35,625 bases of DNA from an uncultured Erysipelotrichaceae bacterium (GCA_951801995.1 CATOOY010000001.1:1-35625), one strand, 5' to 3'; shown: positions 1-9,983, counted from the stretch's first letter. The notes: generated from the letters alone by a model not told the origin. Numbers and translations are program-made.

Positions 1-52
1 AAATTTATTTTTAAGGATAAATTTGTGAAATTATAATATCAAAATTAAAATA

Positions 53-346
53 ATGTGCATATATTATAATGGTGATAATATGTTTTGTATGCAAGATGCA
101 ATGTATGCAGCACAAGTATTGGGGATTGATTTTACTAATTTTACACCTGAGGAGTTTTTAGAGGGGATTAATATTGAATTAGAACATGGATTTGTTCATC
201 CTGAAACGAATGTGACAAATGATAATTTGATTGTAACAGCTAAAATTGCTTTGGCTCATTTAAATGAATTTCCTAATTATTATAATAAAGAGTATGGATT
301 AAAAATGTTTGAAAAGTTCCTTTATGATAAATTAAGTGATGTATAG
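53..346 (+). CDS. small conserved hypothetical protein (possibly DUF5661-like)
   Basis: 97-aa ORF with motifs NIELEHG and IALAHLNEFPNYY. No clear SD, so the true start may be an internal Met. A terminator follows. Confidence 0.5.
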   Translation: MCIYYNGDNMFCMQDAMYAAQVLGIDFTNFTPEEFLEGINIELEHGFVHPETNVTNDNLIVTAKIALAHLNEFPNYYNKEYGLKMFEKFLYDKLSDV

Positions 347-366
347 TTAATATGCAGTTTTGTTTT

Positions 367-396
367 AAGGCACTTTTTGATTGAAAGTGCTTTTTA
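367..396 (+). terminator. rho-independent terminator
   Basis: Stem gcacttt (370-376) / aaagtgc (384-390), followed by a T-run at 391-395. Confidence 0.6.
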
Positions 397-571
397 AGCG
401 ATTTTATGGTAAAATTAGTATATTAGCTATTTCAAATAGTTTTAGTTCATGATAAAATGTGTAGAATATATAAATTTTTAGAAATACAAACTTACATATT
501 TATTACATTTTTTTATTTTAGGGATTGACTTTTAATAAAAATTACACTATAATTAATAATGTCTACTTAAT

Positions 572-645
572 GCAGATGTAGTTTAATGGTAGAACCTCAG
601 CCTTCCAAGCTGACTACGGGAGTTCGATTCTCCTCATCTGCTCCA
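572..645 (+). tRNA. tRNA-Gly (anticodon UCC), CCA encoded
   Basis: 74-nt cloverleaf. Acceptor GCAGATG/CATCTGC, anticodon stem TCAGC/GCTGA, loop CTTCCAA (anticodon TCC), T-arm GGGAG-TTCGATT-CTCCT, 3' TCCA. Confidence 0.93.
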
Positions 646-692
646 ATGTTGGAATTGCCCGAACACCTAAATAGTTCGGTTAGATATAAAAA

Positions 693-723
693 GTTCATAA
701 TACTTGATATTATGGACTTTTTT
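693..723 (+). terminator. rho-independent terminator after the tRNA
   Basis: Stem gttcataata (693-702) / tattatggac (708-717) with one G-U pair, then TTTTTT. Confidence 0.6.
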
Positions 724-747
724 CATGCTTGGAAGGAGGTATAACTC

Positions 748-1038
748 ATGAAAGTATCCATAGAACAATTAGAGTTTCCCTCTTCTATTAAAGATAAGAT
801 ATTAAAGTTAAAAGATATTTCAAAACTACATATTGGTTTTATTGGTGGTAAATATATTCATTTTGAAAATACCAATCTTTCTATTCATGAGCCACATCAA
901 ATGGTAATAAGTAATGATAGTAATTATTTTGTAATAATCAATTATGAAAATAATCCTACTTTTTATGATAAATCAACTATGCAAAATGTAACGATGGAAA
1001 GCATCAAATTTTTGATTTTCAAAATGTTGGAAAAATAA
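748..1038 (+). CDS. hypothetical protein
   Basis: 96-aa ORF with a strong RBS (GGAAGGAGG) 7 nt upstream of the ATG. No recognisable motifs. Confidence 0.6.
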   Translation: MKVSIEQLEFPSSIKDKILKLKDISKLHIGFIGGKYIHFENTNLSIHEPHQMVISNDSNYFVIINYENNPTFYDKSTMQNVTMESIKFLIFKMLEK

Positions 1039-1110
1039 TTTTTTTTGAAATTTCTACAAACCCTTATAAACACTGGGCAAAATGAGTATCAATTTCTTTT
1101 GGTCTTCCGT

Positions 1111-1138
1111 TTACATTCCGCTTAAAATGTGGTATTAT
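1111..1138 (+). promoter_or_regulatory. sigma-A-type promoter (TTACAT-16-TGgTATTAT, extended -10)
   Basis: -35 ttacat at 1111-1116. Extended -10 tggtattat at 1130-1138. Confidence 0.4.
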
Positions 1139-1170
1139 GGTATTGTAGTAAAAATAGGTCTTATCTTTAT

Positions 1171-1198
1171 ACACAAGGGAAATTCTCTTGTGTTTTTT
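1171..1198 (+). terminator. intrinsic terminator or attenuator in the recombinase leader
   Basis: Stem acacaag (1171-1177) / cttgtgt (1187-1193), then TTTTT. It lies between the promoter at 1111-1138 and the RBS at about 1214. Confidence 0.5.
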
Positions 1199-1213
1199 CG
1201 TGTTAAAAATTGA

Positions 1214-2956
<1,743 letters not shown>

Positions 2957-2994
2957 ATATGATAAAATATTCTTAAATATAGGAGGAAAATAAG

Positions 2995-3813
2995 ATGACA
3001 AATTTTGATCGAGTAAGAGAATATTATAATATTTTTAATGAGGATGAAAGACTTATAAATGATAATAGTGGTAGGCTTGAGTTTGAAATGACTATGAAAA
3101 AATTGCAAAAATATTTACCTAACTCTGCTACGATATTAGACTTAGGAGGAGCAACTGGAGTATATACTTTTCCATTAGCAGAAAAAGGATACAAGATGTA
3201 TTTGGCTGATTTGTCCGAAACATTAATTTCACAAGCAAATAATAAACTATCAAAAAATCCTAACGAGAATATAATTTCATGTGATGTTGTAAATGCTGTA
3301 GATTTAAGTATTTATAATGATGAACAATTTGATGTAGTTTTGCTTTTTGGTCCTTTATATCATTTACTAGAAGAACAAGAAAGAAATAAATGCTTAGAAG
3401 AAGTATACAGAGTTCTTAAAAAAGATGGATTAGTTTTTGCTAGTTTTATTCCTTATCTTGCTGGCAGTATAGCAATTATAGATAGGTATTTCAGACATCC
3501 AGAACAAGTAAACAGAGAGAATCTTAAAGAGGTATTCAACTCAGGAAAGTTCAATAATAGTTCAAATAAAGGCTTTCAAGAAGGATACTATCCTACTTCA
3601 AGTGAAATAGAAGAACTATTTAATAAAAATAATTTTAACAAGGTTTCCATTTCATCAATAAGAGGATTTGCTTATGAAAAAGAAGATAATTTATATAGTA
3701 TTCAAGATGAAGAAATGTTTAATGAGATAATTAAACTTGTAGATGATACATCTGAGTCAAAAGAACTAATAGAAACTTGTGGACATGCAATGTATATTGG
3801 TTCTAAAAAATAA
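2995..3813 (+). CDS. class I SAM-dependent methyltransferase (small-molecule type)
   Basis: Motif I ILDLGGATG, followed by DVVLLFGPLYHL and VLKKDGLV. No DPPY/NPPY or PCQ DNA-methyltransferase motifs. RBS AGGAGG. Confidence 0.85.
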   Translation: MTNFDRVREYYNIFNEDERLINDNSGRLEFEMTMKKLQKYLPNSATILDLGGATGVYTFPLAEKGYKMYLADLSETLISQANNKLSKNPNENIISCDVVNAVDLSIYNDEQFDVVLLFGPLYHLLEEQERNKCLEEVYRVLKKDGLVFASFIPYLAGSIAIIDRYFRHPEQVNRENLKEVFNSGKFNNSSNKGFQEGYYPTSSEIEELFNKNNFNKVSISSIRGFAYEKEDNLYSIQDEEMFNEIIKLVDDTSESKELIETCGHAMYIGSKK

Positions 3814-3839
3814 AAAAACAATGTTTTTTAACTATAATT

Positions 3840-3862
3840 GAGCAAGAAATTGCTCTTTTTTT
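3840..3862 (+). terminator. rho-independent terminator
   Basis: Stem gagcaa (3840-3845) / ttgctc (3850-3855), then TTTTTTT. Confidence 0.7.
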
Positions 3863-3877
3863 GTTACTTGAAAGGAG

Positions 3878-4066
3878 GTGAATTTTATCAATTATTTCTT
3901 TGAAATAGTCATACCACAAGTATTAGAATATTTTAAAGAAAACGCAAAAGATATATCAAGTTTTCTTCTATTAGATGTATTATTAAAGAATAAAAATTAT
4001 GAAAAAGATATTCAAAAATTATTTGAAGTGCCAGAAGAAATAAGTAATAAATATATTGAAAAATAA
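3878..4066 (+). CDS. hypothetical small protein (doubtful start)
   Basis: 62-aa ORF. The GTG start overlaps the AGGAGG, so there is no spacer and the real start is unclear. Confidence 0.3.
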   Translation: MNFINYFFEIVIPQVLEYFKENAKDISSFLLLDVLLKNKNYEKDIQKLFEVPEEISNKYIEK

Positions 4067-4240
4067 TTAATGATATTCATCAATTTTATGAAAAAAAATT
4101 GATCCGTCGGAGACCAATTTTAAAGGGTCTTAGGGGTGTCCCCTAACAAGAAAATGGGTGTGTAGACACCATGCTTGATAGTTTATTTTTATATATTAAG
4201 TAACCTCAAAGTATTAAAGTCAAAAGAAAGGAGAAAATAA

Positions 4241-4813
4241 ATGGAATTTAAATGGCAAGATAATTACTATACACTTAAAAAATATAACTTAACTTATGAT
4301 GATTTAAAGAAAATAATTAAGAGGATTTATAAACGACATCCACTTGAAGATTGGACTTATCTAAGACATCCTCTAAACGATCAAGTTTGTCTTTACTTAA
4401 ATCTTGAATTTGTGGAATATTTAGAGGAAGTTTATTTCAATAAGAACGGTTATTATTTAGATTTAGAAATAGCATTCTTTGAAAAACAAATATTAAGACT
4501 TGAACAAGAATTTAAATTAGATCATAGTGAAATACATTATGAAGATATTTCACTATATGATTTAAGAGAATACTTTGGAAAAAGTAAAAACTCTATTGGA
4601 GTAGCAACTTATCGAATGCAACAACATTTTTCTTATCCTCTAAAATACACTAAGAATGGAAAAGTTTATGTAAAAGCTGAAGGTGTTAAATGGCTTAATG
4701 AAAAATATTTTAGAAAGTCTTATTTACAAGAACTAGAAAAATATAAGTTAGCACTTCAAAAAGCAAAATATATTAAACATAATAAAAAAGGAGGACCATA
4801 TATTATAATATAG
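4241..4813 (+). CDS. hypothetical protein
   Basis: 190-aa ORF with RBS AAAGGAGA 8 nt upstream. Basic C-terminus. No confident family. Confidence 0.6.
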   Translation: MEFKWQDNYYTLKKYNLTYDDLKKIIKRIYKRHPLEDWTYLRHPLNDQVCLYLNLEFVEYLEEVYFNKNGYYLDLEIAFFEKQILRLEQEFKLDHSEIHYEDISLYDLREYFGKSKNSIGVATYRMQQHFSYPLKYTKNGKVYVKAEGVKWLNEKYFRKSYLQELEKYKLALQKAKYIKHNKKGGPYIII

Positions 4814-4827
4814 GTCCACTACATATA

Positions 4828-6126
4828 TTATTTTTTTCCTATTAATGTTAATAATATTTTTTCCATATCTGATGAAGAATTATCGCCTTTTATCAATCCA
4901 GTATCTGGACTTGAAAACAACAATGCAAGTATTTTATTATTTACTTCTTCATCAGTTAAATTACCATTATTAATTAAAGAAAGATAAAAATAAGTTAATG
5001 CATATTTTTGTTTATACTCTGTTTCTAAATGTTTTGAGGAAATTAACAATTTTACAAAAATTCGTAAAAAATATAATGTCAATGTTATAATTGAAATTAT
5101 TATTAAACTAGTATAAATAGGAATATTATTATCAAATATAGTAATTTCTAACAATGTTTTATTGCCAAATTCAATTTTAGGAGTAATTATAAAATATAAT
5201 AAAAGAATAATAATTGCGACTATAAATCCAACAATAATACTATATTTTTTCACTTCCTTTTTGTATTTATTTGCTTCATTTTGCATATGTTCAGCTGGCT
5301 TTTCTACTTTCAATTTTTCAGCATAAGTTTTTTCAAGTGTTTCTAATCTATCATTTGCTTCATTAATAAAATCATCAACTTGTCTTTTTGAACTATCACT
5401 AAAATCATTATAATCTTCTTGTACAGTTTTAAACCAATTTGATTCTTGTTCTTTCATTTCTGATAGATATGAGACATATTCTTGCTTTTCCTGATTTATA
5501 GTATTAATTGATTGAGAATATACACTTAATAAGTTTTCAATTTCCTTCTTTGAAAAAGAGCGTTTTGTTAAATTCTTATAATCTATTTGTCCTATTTTAA
5601 GTCCTAAATAAATAAAAGCCACTTCTCGTTCTATTTCATCACTATTATTTATACTTGAAGTTAGTGTATTTTCGCGAGTTAACAATCTTATGTAACAATC
5701 TAAACCTTTTTGTTCATACTTATCATATATAAATGTCAATGTACTGATGGAATAGTTGGGCAAATTATTATTTAAATAATCAGTGAAAATTATTGGTATA
5801 TCTTTTCGACGATTATAATCTAGATGTAACTTACTCCTTATATCGCTTTCAATATTATTTTTTACTCTATCTTCACTCTCATAATTAATTACAGTAGTAA
5901 TTAAAGATTCTAATCTTTCAATTTCTTCATTTAGTCTACTGGCATAAATTTCAATTTTTCCCACATAAGTCTTTAAATTGCTATTTAAGAATAGTTGATA
6001 ATCAGTTAGATTTTTAAATTGTTTAGAATTCCTTAATTTATCTGTTAAAGTAATTGGATTTTCTTCCATGCATTCACTAATATATTTTTCCGCATCTAAT
6101 TTTTTTATAACCAAAACCTCCCGCAA
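4828..6126 (-). CDS. coiled-coil protein with two C-terminal TM helices and a conserved-looking tail (putative membrane effector)
   Basis: 432-aa ORF. The N-terminal ~290 aa are soluble and coiled-coil-like. TM segments are YSIIVGFIVAIIILLLYFII and IYTSLIIISIITLTLYFLRIFVKLLI (about nt 5040-5241). Tail is YALTYFYLSLINNGNLTDEE...LFSSPDTGLIKGD. The annotated start is TTG with no SD; the alternative is ATG at 6069. Confidence 0.7.
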   Translation of the reverse strand: MREVLVIKKLDAEKYISECMEENPITLTDKLRNSKQFKNLTDYQLFLNSNLKTYVGKIEIYASRLNEEIERLESLITTVINYESEDRVKNNIESDIRSKLHLDYNRRKDIPIIFTDYLNNNLPNYSISTLTFIYDKYEQKGLDCYIRLLTRENTLTSSINNSDEIEREVAFIYLGLKIGQIDYKNLTKRSFSKKEIENLLSVYSQSINTINQEKQEYVSYLSEMKEQESNWFKTVQEDYNDFSDSSKRQVDDFINEANDRLETLEKTYAEKLKVEKPAEHMQNEANKYKKEVKKYSIIVGFIVAIIILLLYFIITPKIEFGNKTLLEITIFDNNIPIYTSLIIISIITLTLYFLRIFVKLLISSKHLETEYKQKYALTYFYLSLINNGNLTDEEVNNKILALLFSSPDTGLIKGDNSSSDMEKILLTLIGKK

Positions 6127-6128
6127 TT

Positions 6129-6800
6129 TTATTTTAAATATTCATCCAAATATTTTGTCCATTCAGGCACATTTTCTTCTTCAAACAAATGATGTAAAAA
6201 ATCTACAATAATTTGATGTCTAGATTGGGCTTCTGCTTTTCCAGAATCAGTCAACATTAAATCTTTAAGTTTTAATATCTTTTCAAAAATATGACAGACA
6301 CTACTATCAGCACATTTTCTTGTATATTTTTCAGCATCTATATTTTCAATTGGAAATATATTCTTATCAAAGAATGGCTTTCCATTTTTCATACTATATG
6401 TATAAACTCTTAAAATGCCATTTGCACCCAAAGCATCGCACATATCAGCATCAGAAACAATTTTACCTTCAATAGTTTTTGGCCTAAATCCTTTTAATAA
6501 TTTACTATATCCGATACATTTAATCTCAGATAAAACTTGCTTTTGAATTTCTTCATCTACTTTAGCTTTATTCATAAAACTCTTAGCATTAGTTAAATTT
6601 TCAGCATTATCCATACCAAATAATTTATAATCATCAACATCATGTAGTAAAGCTATCAAAGATACTACTGTAATATTAGCTTTTTCTTTGTCTGCAAAAG
6701 TTAAAGACAATCTTAGAACTCTATCTATATGATCCATTCCATGACCAGAATTATCTTGATTTAATAAATTATATACTTGCTCTTTAATTTCATCTATCAT
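6129..6800 (-). CDS. HD-domain metal-dependent phosphohydrolase
   Basis: GHGMDHIDRV (H..H), LLHDVDD (HD), VSDADMCDALGA (D). RBS AGGAG. The start overlaps the upstream stop (ATGA at 6797-6800). Confidence 0.85.
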   Translation of the reverse strand: MIDEIKEQVYNLLNQDNSGHGMDHIDRVLRLSLTFADKEKANITVVSLIALLHDVDDYKLFGMDNAENLTNAKSFMNKAKVDEEIQKQVLSEIKCIGYSKLLKGFRPKTIEGKIVSDADMCDALGANGILRVYTYSMKNGKPFFDKNIFPIENIDAEKYTRKCADSSVCHIFEKILKLKDLMLTDSGKAEAQSRHQIIVDFLHHLFEEENVPEWTKYLDEYLK

Positions 6801-7543
6801 TTTTTCAACTCCTTAAACCCATTTCTACTCCACAACCATAATGCTGTATGAATATCAATAGGCTTATATTTTGTATCCTTAAATAATTCATTCCATCTAT
6901 CTATTACAATTAATTGAACATTACTCGAATTCAGTTCATCTTCAGTAATTAATCCAAGTCTATAAGTAGATTTACAAACATGAGTATCTGGAGCAACTGT
7001 CAGATTTTCAATGTTTTTATATTTTCTATCAGTATATTGCCAAATAACATATAACCAATAATTACAAATTTTGGTGCCTGACAAATACGGAAATTTAGTT
7101 TTATTGGTCTTTTGAATAAAATCTCTTATTTTATCAACATCATTATCTAATTCATTAAACAAATTCCTAATATCTCCATTAAACATTTCTACAAAGGTAT
7201 TACATAGCTTTATCCATATTTCAGTTTGCTTAATCTTTTGTAAAGCAACTTTATATTTTGTTAAAGCATATTGTACTTCTTCAAACGATCTATTTATAAC
7301 TTCATGTGGATTAAAAACAAATTTTGTTTTTTCATCTTGATATGTTTTGTTTGCACTTTCCCATAAAGTATAAGAATTTCTTTGATAATTAAGTGCCATT
7401 GGCAAAGTAAAATATAAATAATTTTCTAATGAAGATTTATCTAAATGTGGATTTTCATCTTCTGGCATTATTTCTCCGCCAAGACTTCCTTCTTTCCACA
7501 TTGTATATAAAATATCTACTTTTTTAAGTATTTCTTCACGCAT
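6797..7543 (-). CDS. HhH-GPD superfamily DNA-glycosylase-like protein (EndoIII-like fold, no Fe-S cluster)
   Basis: HhH-like LSGTKICNYWL, then about 28 aa later APDTHVCKSTYRLGL. Compare EndoIII LPGVGRKTA ... VDTHIFRVxNRLG. There is no C-terminal Cys cluster. RBS GGTGG. Confidence 0.6.
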   Translation of the reverse strand: MREEILKKVDILYTMWKEGSLGGEIMPEDENPHLDKSSLENYLYFTLPMALNYQRNSYTLWESANKTYQDEKTKFVFNPHEVINRSFEEVQYALTKYKVALQKIKQTEIWIKLCNTFVEMFNGDIRNLFNELDNDVDKIRDFIQKTNKTKFPYLSGTKICNYWLYVIWQYTDRKYKNIENLTVAPDTHVCKSTYRLGLITEDELNSSNVQLIVIDRWNELFKDTKYKPIDIHTALWLWSRNGFKELKK

Positions 7544-7558
7544 ATTACCACCAATAAT

Positions 7559-7567
7559 ATTATACCA
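7559..7567 (-). promoter_or_regulatory. extended -10 (TGgTATAAT) for the 7543-4828 operon
   Basis: Minus-strand tggtataat lies 16 nt upstream of the ATG at 7543. The -35 is weak. Confidence 0.4.
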
Positions 7568-7636
7568 TTAATTGACTGTTTTTTCTGCTAATTAAGCATA
7601 AATAAATCACTTTTTTAGAATAAATTTTTATAACTA

Positions 7637-7665
7637 TTGATTGTAAAATAAAAATCATATATAAT
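7637..7665 (+). promoter_or_regulatory. sigma-A promoter TTGATT-17-TATAAT
   Basis: -35 at 7637-7642, 17-nt spacer, -10 at 7660-7665. Divergent from the minus-strand operon. Confidence 0.55.
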
Positions 7666-7823
7666 TATATTTATCAAGTTATTATGAATTTCGTGTTTGT
7701 AGGTGTTCATAACCTAGCAAACAATCGCTCCAATTGAAAACAACTTACGGACTAATGAAAGTTTGTGAGTTTTTATTTTATATAAAAAACTTTAGTTCTC
7801 TTTCTAGGAAGGAGGACTTTTTG

Positions 7824-8108
7824 ATGTTGGAATTTAAAACTATTGAAACATTAAAACCAAATATTGAAATCTTAGAAGTAATTAAAGGCTATACTTACAA
7901 AGTTAAAAAAGGTGCAATAAAACATATTCTACATACCAATTTACAGGTTATAGAACCTACTGAATACTCAATTACATATCCTACTACTCTTACAATTCTA
8001 GAATATAAAGTTAATGAAATATCTAATAAGCCATTTTATATTAAAGAGCATAATCAAAAATATAATTTGAAAGAAATTACACAAATTTTAAAAAAATTTA
8101 AAGTTTAG
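7824..8108 (+). CDS. hypothetical protein
   Basis: In-frame ATG at 7824 preceded by GGAAGGAGG (7808-7816). The 7734 TTG extension has no RBS. Confidence 0.6.
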   Translation: MLEFKTIETLKPNIEILEVIKGYTYKVKKGAIKHILHTNLQVIEPTEYSITYPTTLTILEYKVNEISNKPFYIKEHNQKYNLKEITQILKKFKV

Positions 8109-8124
8109 ACTTCACTTTTTCCAT

Positions 8125-8219
8125 TTTAGTGAGGAAACAAATGGGAGGATAAATTTAACAAATGCTCAATGTAGTGTTTGCTATTTTGCTTTTCAGTGAG
8201 GAAACAAGTGAGGAGATGA
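8125..8219 (+). repeat. two imperfect direct copies of a ~26-40 bp leader motif (tttYagtgaggaaacaaRtgRgagRa)
   Basis: Copy 1 is at 8125-8150 and copy 2 at 8192-8219. Copy 2 supplies the RBS of the split recombinase start at 8226. Confidence 0.6.
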
Positions 8220-9983
8220 TTATTTATGAGATGTGCAGTATATGTAAGAGTGTCGTTGTAATACATAGGCAGACACATTATCCTCTTTTTTTTCTAGTTC
8301 TCGTTTAGTTATTGTAAAACCATATTTTCCAAAGTTTGTACCAATATCCAGTTTCCCATTTGGAAGGTTTTCGTTGATTAACTCTCCAGTTTTTAAAATA
8401 AATTTAATCTTGTAAAAATCTTCTTCTCCATTATCTAATTTTTCGCCAATGATAATCTTATCAACTAAACTATTAAACACTTCTTCATTGAATTTGGTAA
8501 GACCTTTATATTGTTTTAAGGTATTAGAAATTTTACCAATTTGTTCTAGTTTTTGTTTTCTAGTAAGTTCTATATTTTCAGTATCTTTTAATTGTTGTTC
8601 ATACTCTTTAATCTTGTTGGAAATTTCAAGATTTTTTTGATTTAATATTTCTTTTGAAATAGATCCCTCAAGTTGTAAGTCAATTAGATTAGATAATTTG
8701 CTTTCCAATTTAGATATTTCATCTTCTATTTTTTTATGATTAAGATTGTCTTGTTTTTCGTTGATAACTTTATTTACTTTTTTCATAAATGAATGGATAT
8801 ATTTATCATTATTTTGAAACAATTTATTATAAGCAATTACAAATATATCTTCTAATTCTTCTTGTTTATAATGAATTAAGTTAGAGCAATCAATTTTATT
8901 TCGATGACTTCTACATATCCAGTAAGCAACTTCTTTACCACTATTTCTGATTTTATAAGAACGCCTAATAAAACGCTCTCCACATATTCCACAAAAGATT
9001 TTACTACTAAATGGATATTTCCTACTAAACTTATCTCTATTGCCATCTGGTTTAATGATTTTGCTTCTGATGGTCAGTATTTCTTGGCATTTATCCCATA
9101 ATTCACGTGAAATAATAGGTTCGTGATGATTAGAAGTAAAGTATTGTTCTTTCTCTCCATAATTCACTTTCTTTTTATGAGTTAATACATTTTCAGTATA
9201 GTATTTACCAGTTTTTAAATCTCCTACATATTTTTCGTTGATGATTATTCTTCTGACTGAAGCATGACACCATTTTAAATTAGATGGACTAGGTATACCT
9301 AGATTATTTAGATTAAGTGCTATTGTTCTAAAACCTACACCTTTTGAATATTCTTCAAAAATATAAGTAACAATATCTTTTTTACTTTCATCTGGATAAA
9401 TCATATCTTTTTCCTTATCGTATAAATATCCAAATGGAGCATACTTACCGACCAATTCGCCACGTTTCATTTTCATACGAACACCAGCTTTTACATTTTC
9501 TGAAATAGATTCACTTTCTGCTTGAGCAAAAGCACTATATAAAGTTAAAAATAATTCATTGGATAAACCTAGAGTATGGATGTTTTCTTTTTCAAAATAA
9601 ACATCTACATTATGTTCACGAAGCAGTCTTACACAATTTAAAGTATCAACTGTATTACGAGCAAATCTTGATATAGACTTAGCTAATATTAAATCAATCT
9701 TACCATTTAAAGCATCATTCATCATTTGATTAAATTGTTCTCTTTTCTTTGTTTGAGTGCCAGTTATACCCTCATCAGCATATATTCCTACAAATTCCCA
9801 ATCAGGATTTTCTTCTATCATATTTTTATAGTGGATTCGTTGTGAGTCATAACTTGTTTTCTGATCTTCATTGTCTGTACTAACACGACAATAAGCACAA
9901 GTACGAATTAGTTTATATTTTACATTTCCTTTTAAGCATATTGTTTTAGAAGTTGGTGCTATTACTTCAACATTATTATTCAT
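8220..9983 (-). CDS. large serine recombinase
   Basis: AYCRVSTDNEDQ, SISRFARNT, zinc ribbon CGICG...WICRSHRNKIDC, coiled-coil C-terminus. The last 7 codons and the stop lie outside the junction repeat. Confidence 0.93.
   Translation of the reverse strand: MNNNVEVIAPTSKTICLKGNVKYKLIRTCAYCRVSTDNEDQKTSYDSQRIHYKNMIEENPDWEFVGIYADEGITGTQTKKREQFNQMMNDALNGKIDLILAKSISRFARNTVDTLNCVRLLREHNVDVYFEKENIHTLGLSNELFLTLYSAFAQAESESISENVKAGVRMKMKRGELVGKYAPFGYLYDKEKDMIYPDESKKDIVTYIFEEYSKGVGFRTIALNLNNLGIPSPSNLKWCHASVRRIIINEKYVGDLKTGKYYTENVLTHKKKVNYGEKEQYFTSNHHEPIISRELWDKCQEILTIRSKIIKPDGNRDKFSRKYPFSSKIFCGICGERFIRRSYKIRNSGKEVAYWICRSHRNKIDCSNLIHYKQEELEDIFVIAYNKLFQNNDKYIHSFMKKVNKVINEKQDNLNHKKIEDEISKLESKLSNLIDLQLEGSISKEILNQKNLEISNKIKEYEQQLKDTENIELTRKQKLEQIGKISNTLKQYKGLTKFNEEVFNSLVDKIIIGEKLDNGEEDFYKIKFILKTGELINENLPNGKLDIGTNFGKYGFTITKRELEKKEDNVSAYVLQRHSYIYCTSHK
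8226..8251 (+). pseudogene. 5' fragment of a split serine recombinase gene (MRCAVYVRV...)
   Basis: GAGGAG RBS, then atg aga tgt gca gta tat gta aga gt. The reading frame then runs into a stop (MRCAVYVRVSL*). It joins in phase with 11970-12890. Confidence 0.7.
8244..8251. repeat. left copy of the 8-bp junction repeat GTAAGAGT
   Basis: Identical octamer in identical codon phase at 11970-11977. Confidence 0.7.

Noticed and set aside
2995-3813. The methyltransferase as an orphan DNA methyltransferase or R-M component
   Set aside because: It has the class I small-molecule methyltransferase architecture, no DNA-methyltransferase catalytic motif (DPPY/NPPY, PCQ) and no adjacent endonuclease.
8125-8219. 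The direct repeats as a possible mini CRISPR array
   Set aside because: There are only two imperfect copies and no cas genes. The repeat overlaps an RBS and start region.
8449-9101. Two plus-strand ORFs (8449-8640 and 8904-9101) inside recombinase 2
   Set aside because: They are shadow ORFs antisense to a recombinase gene with complete motifs.
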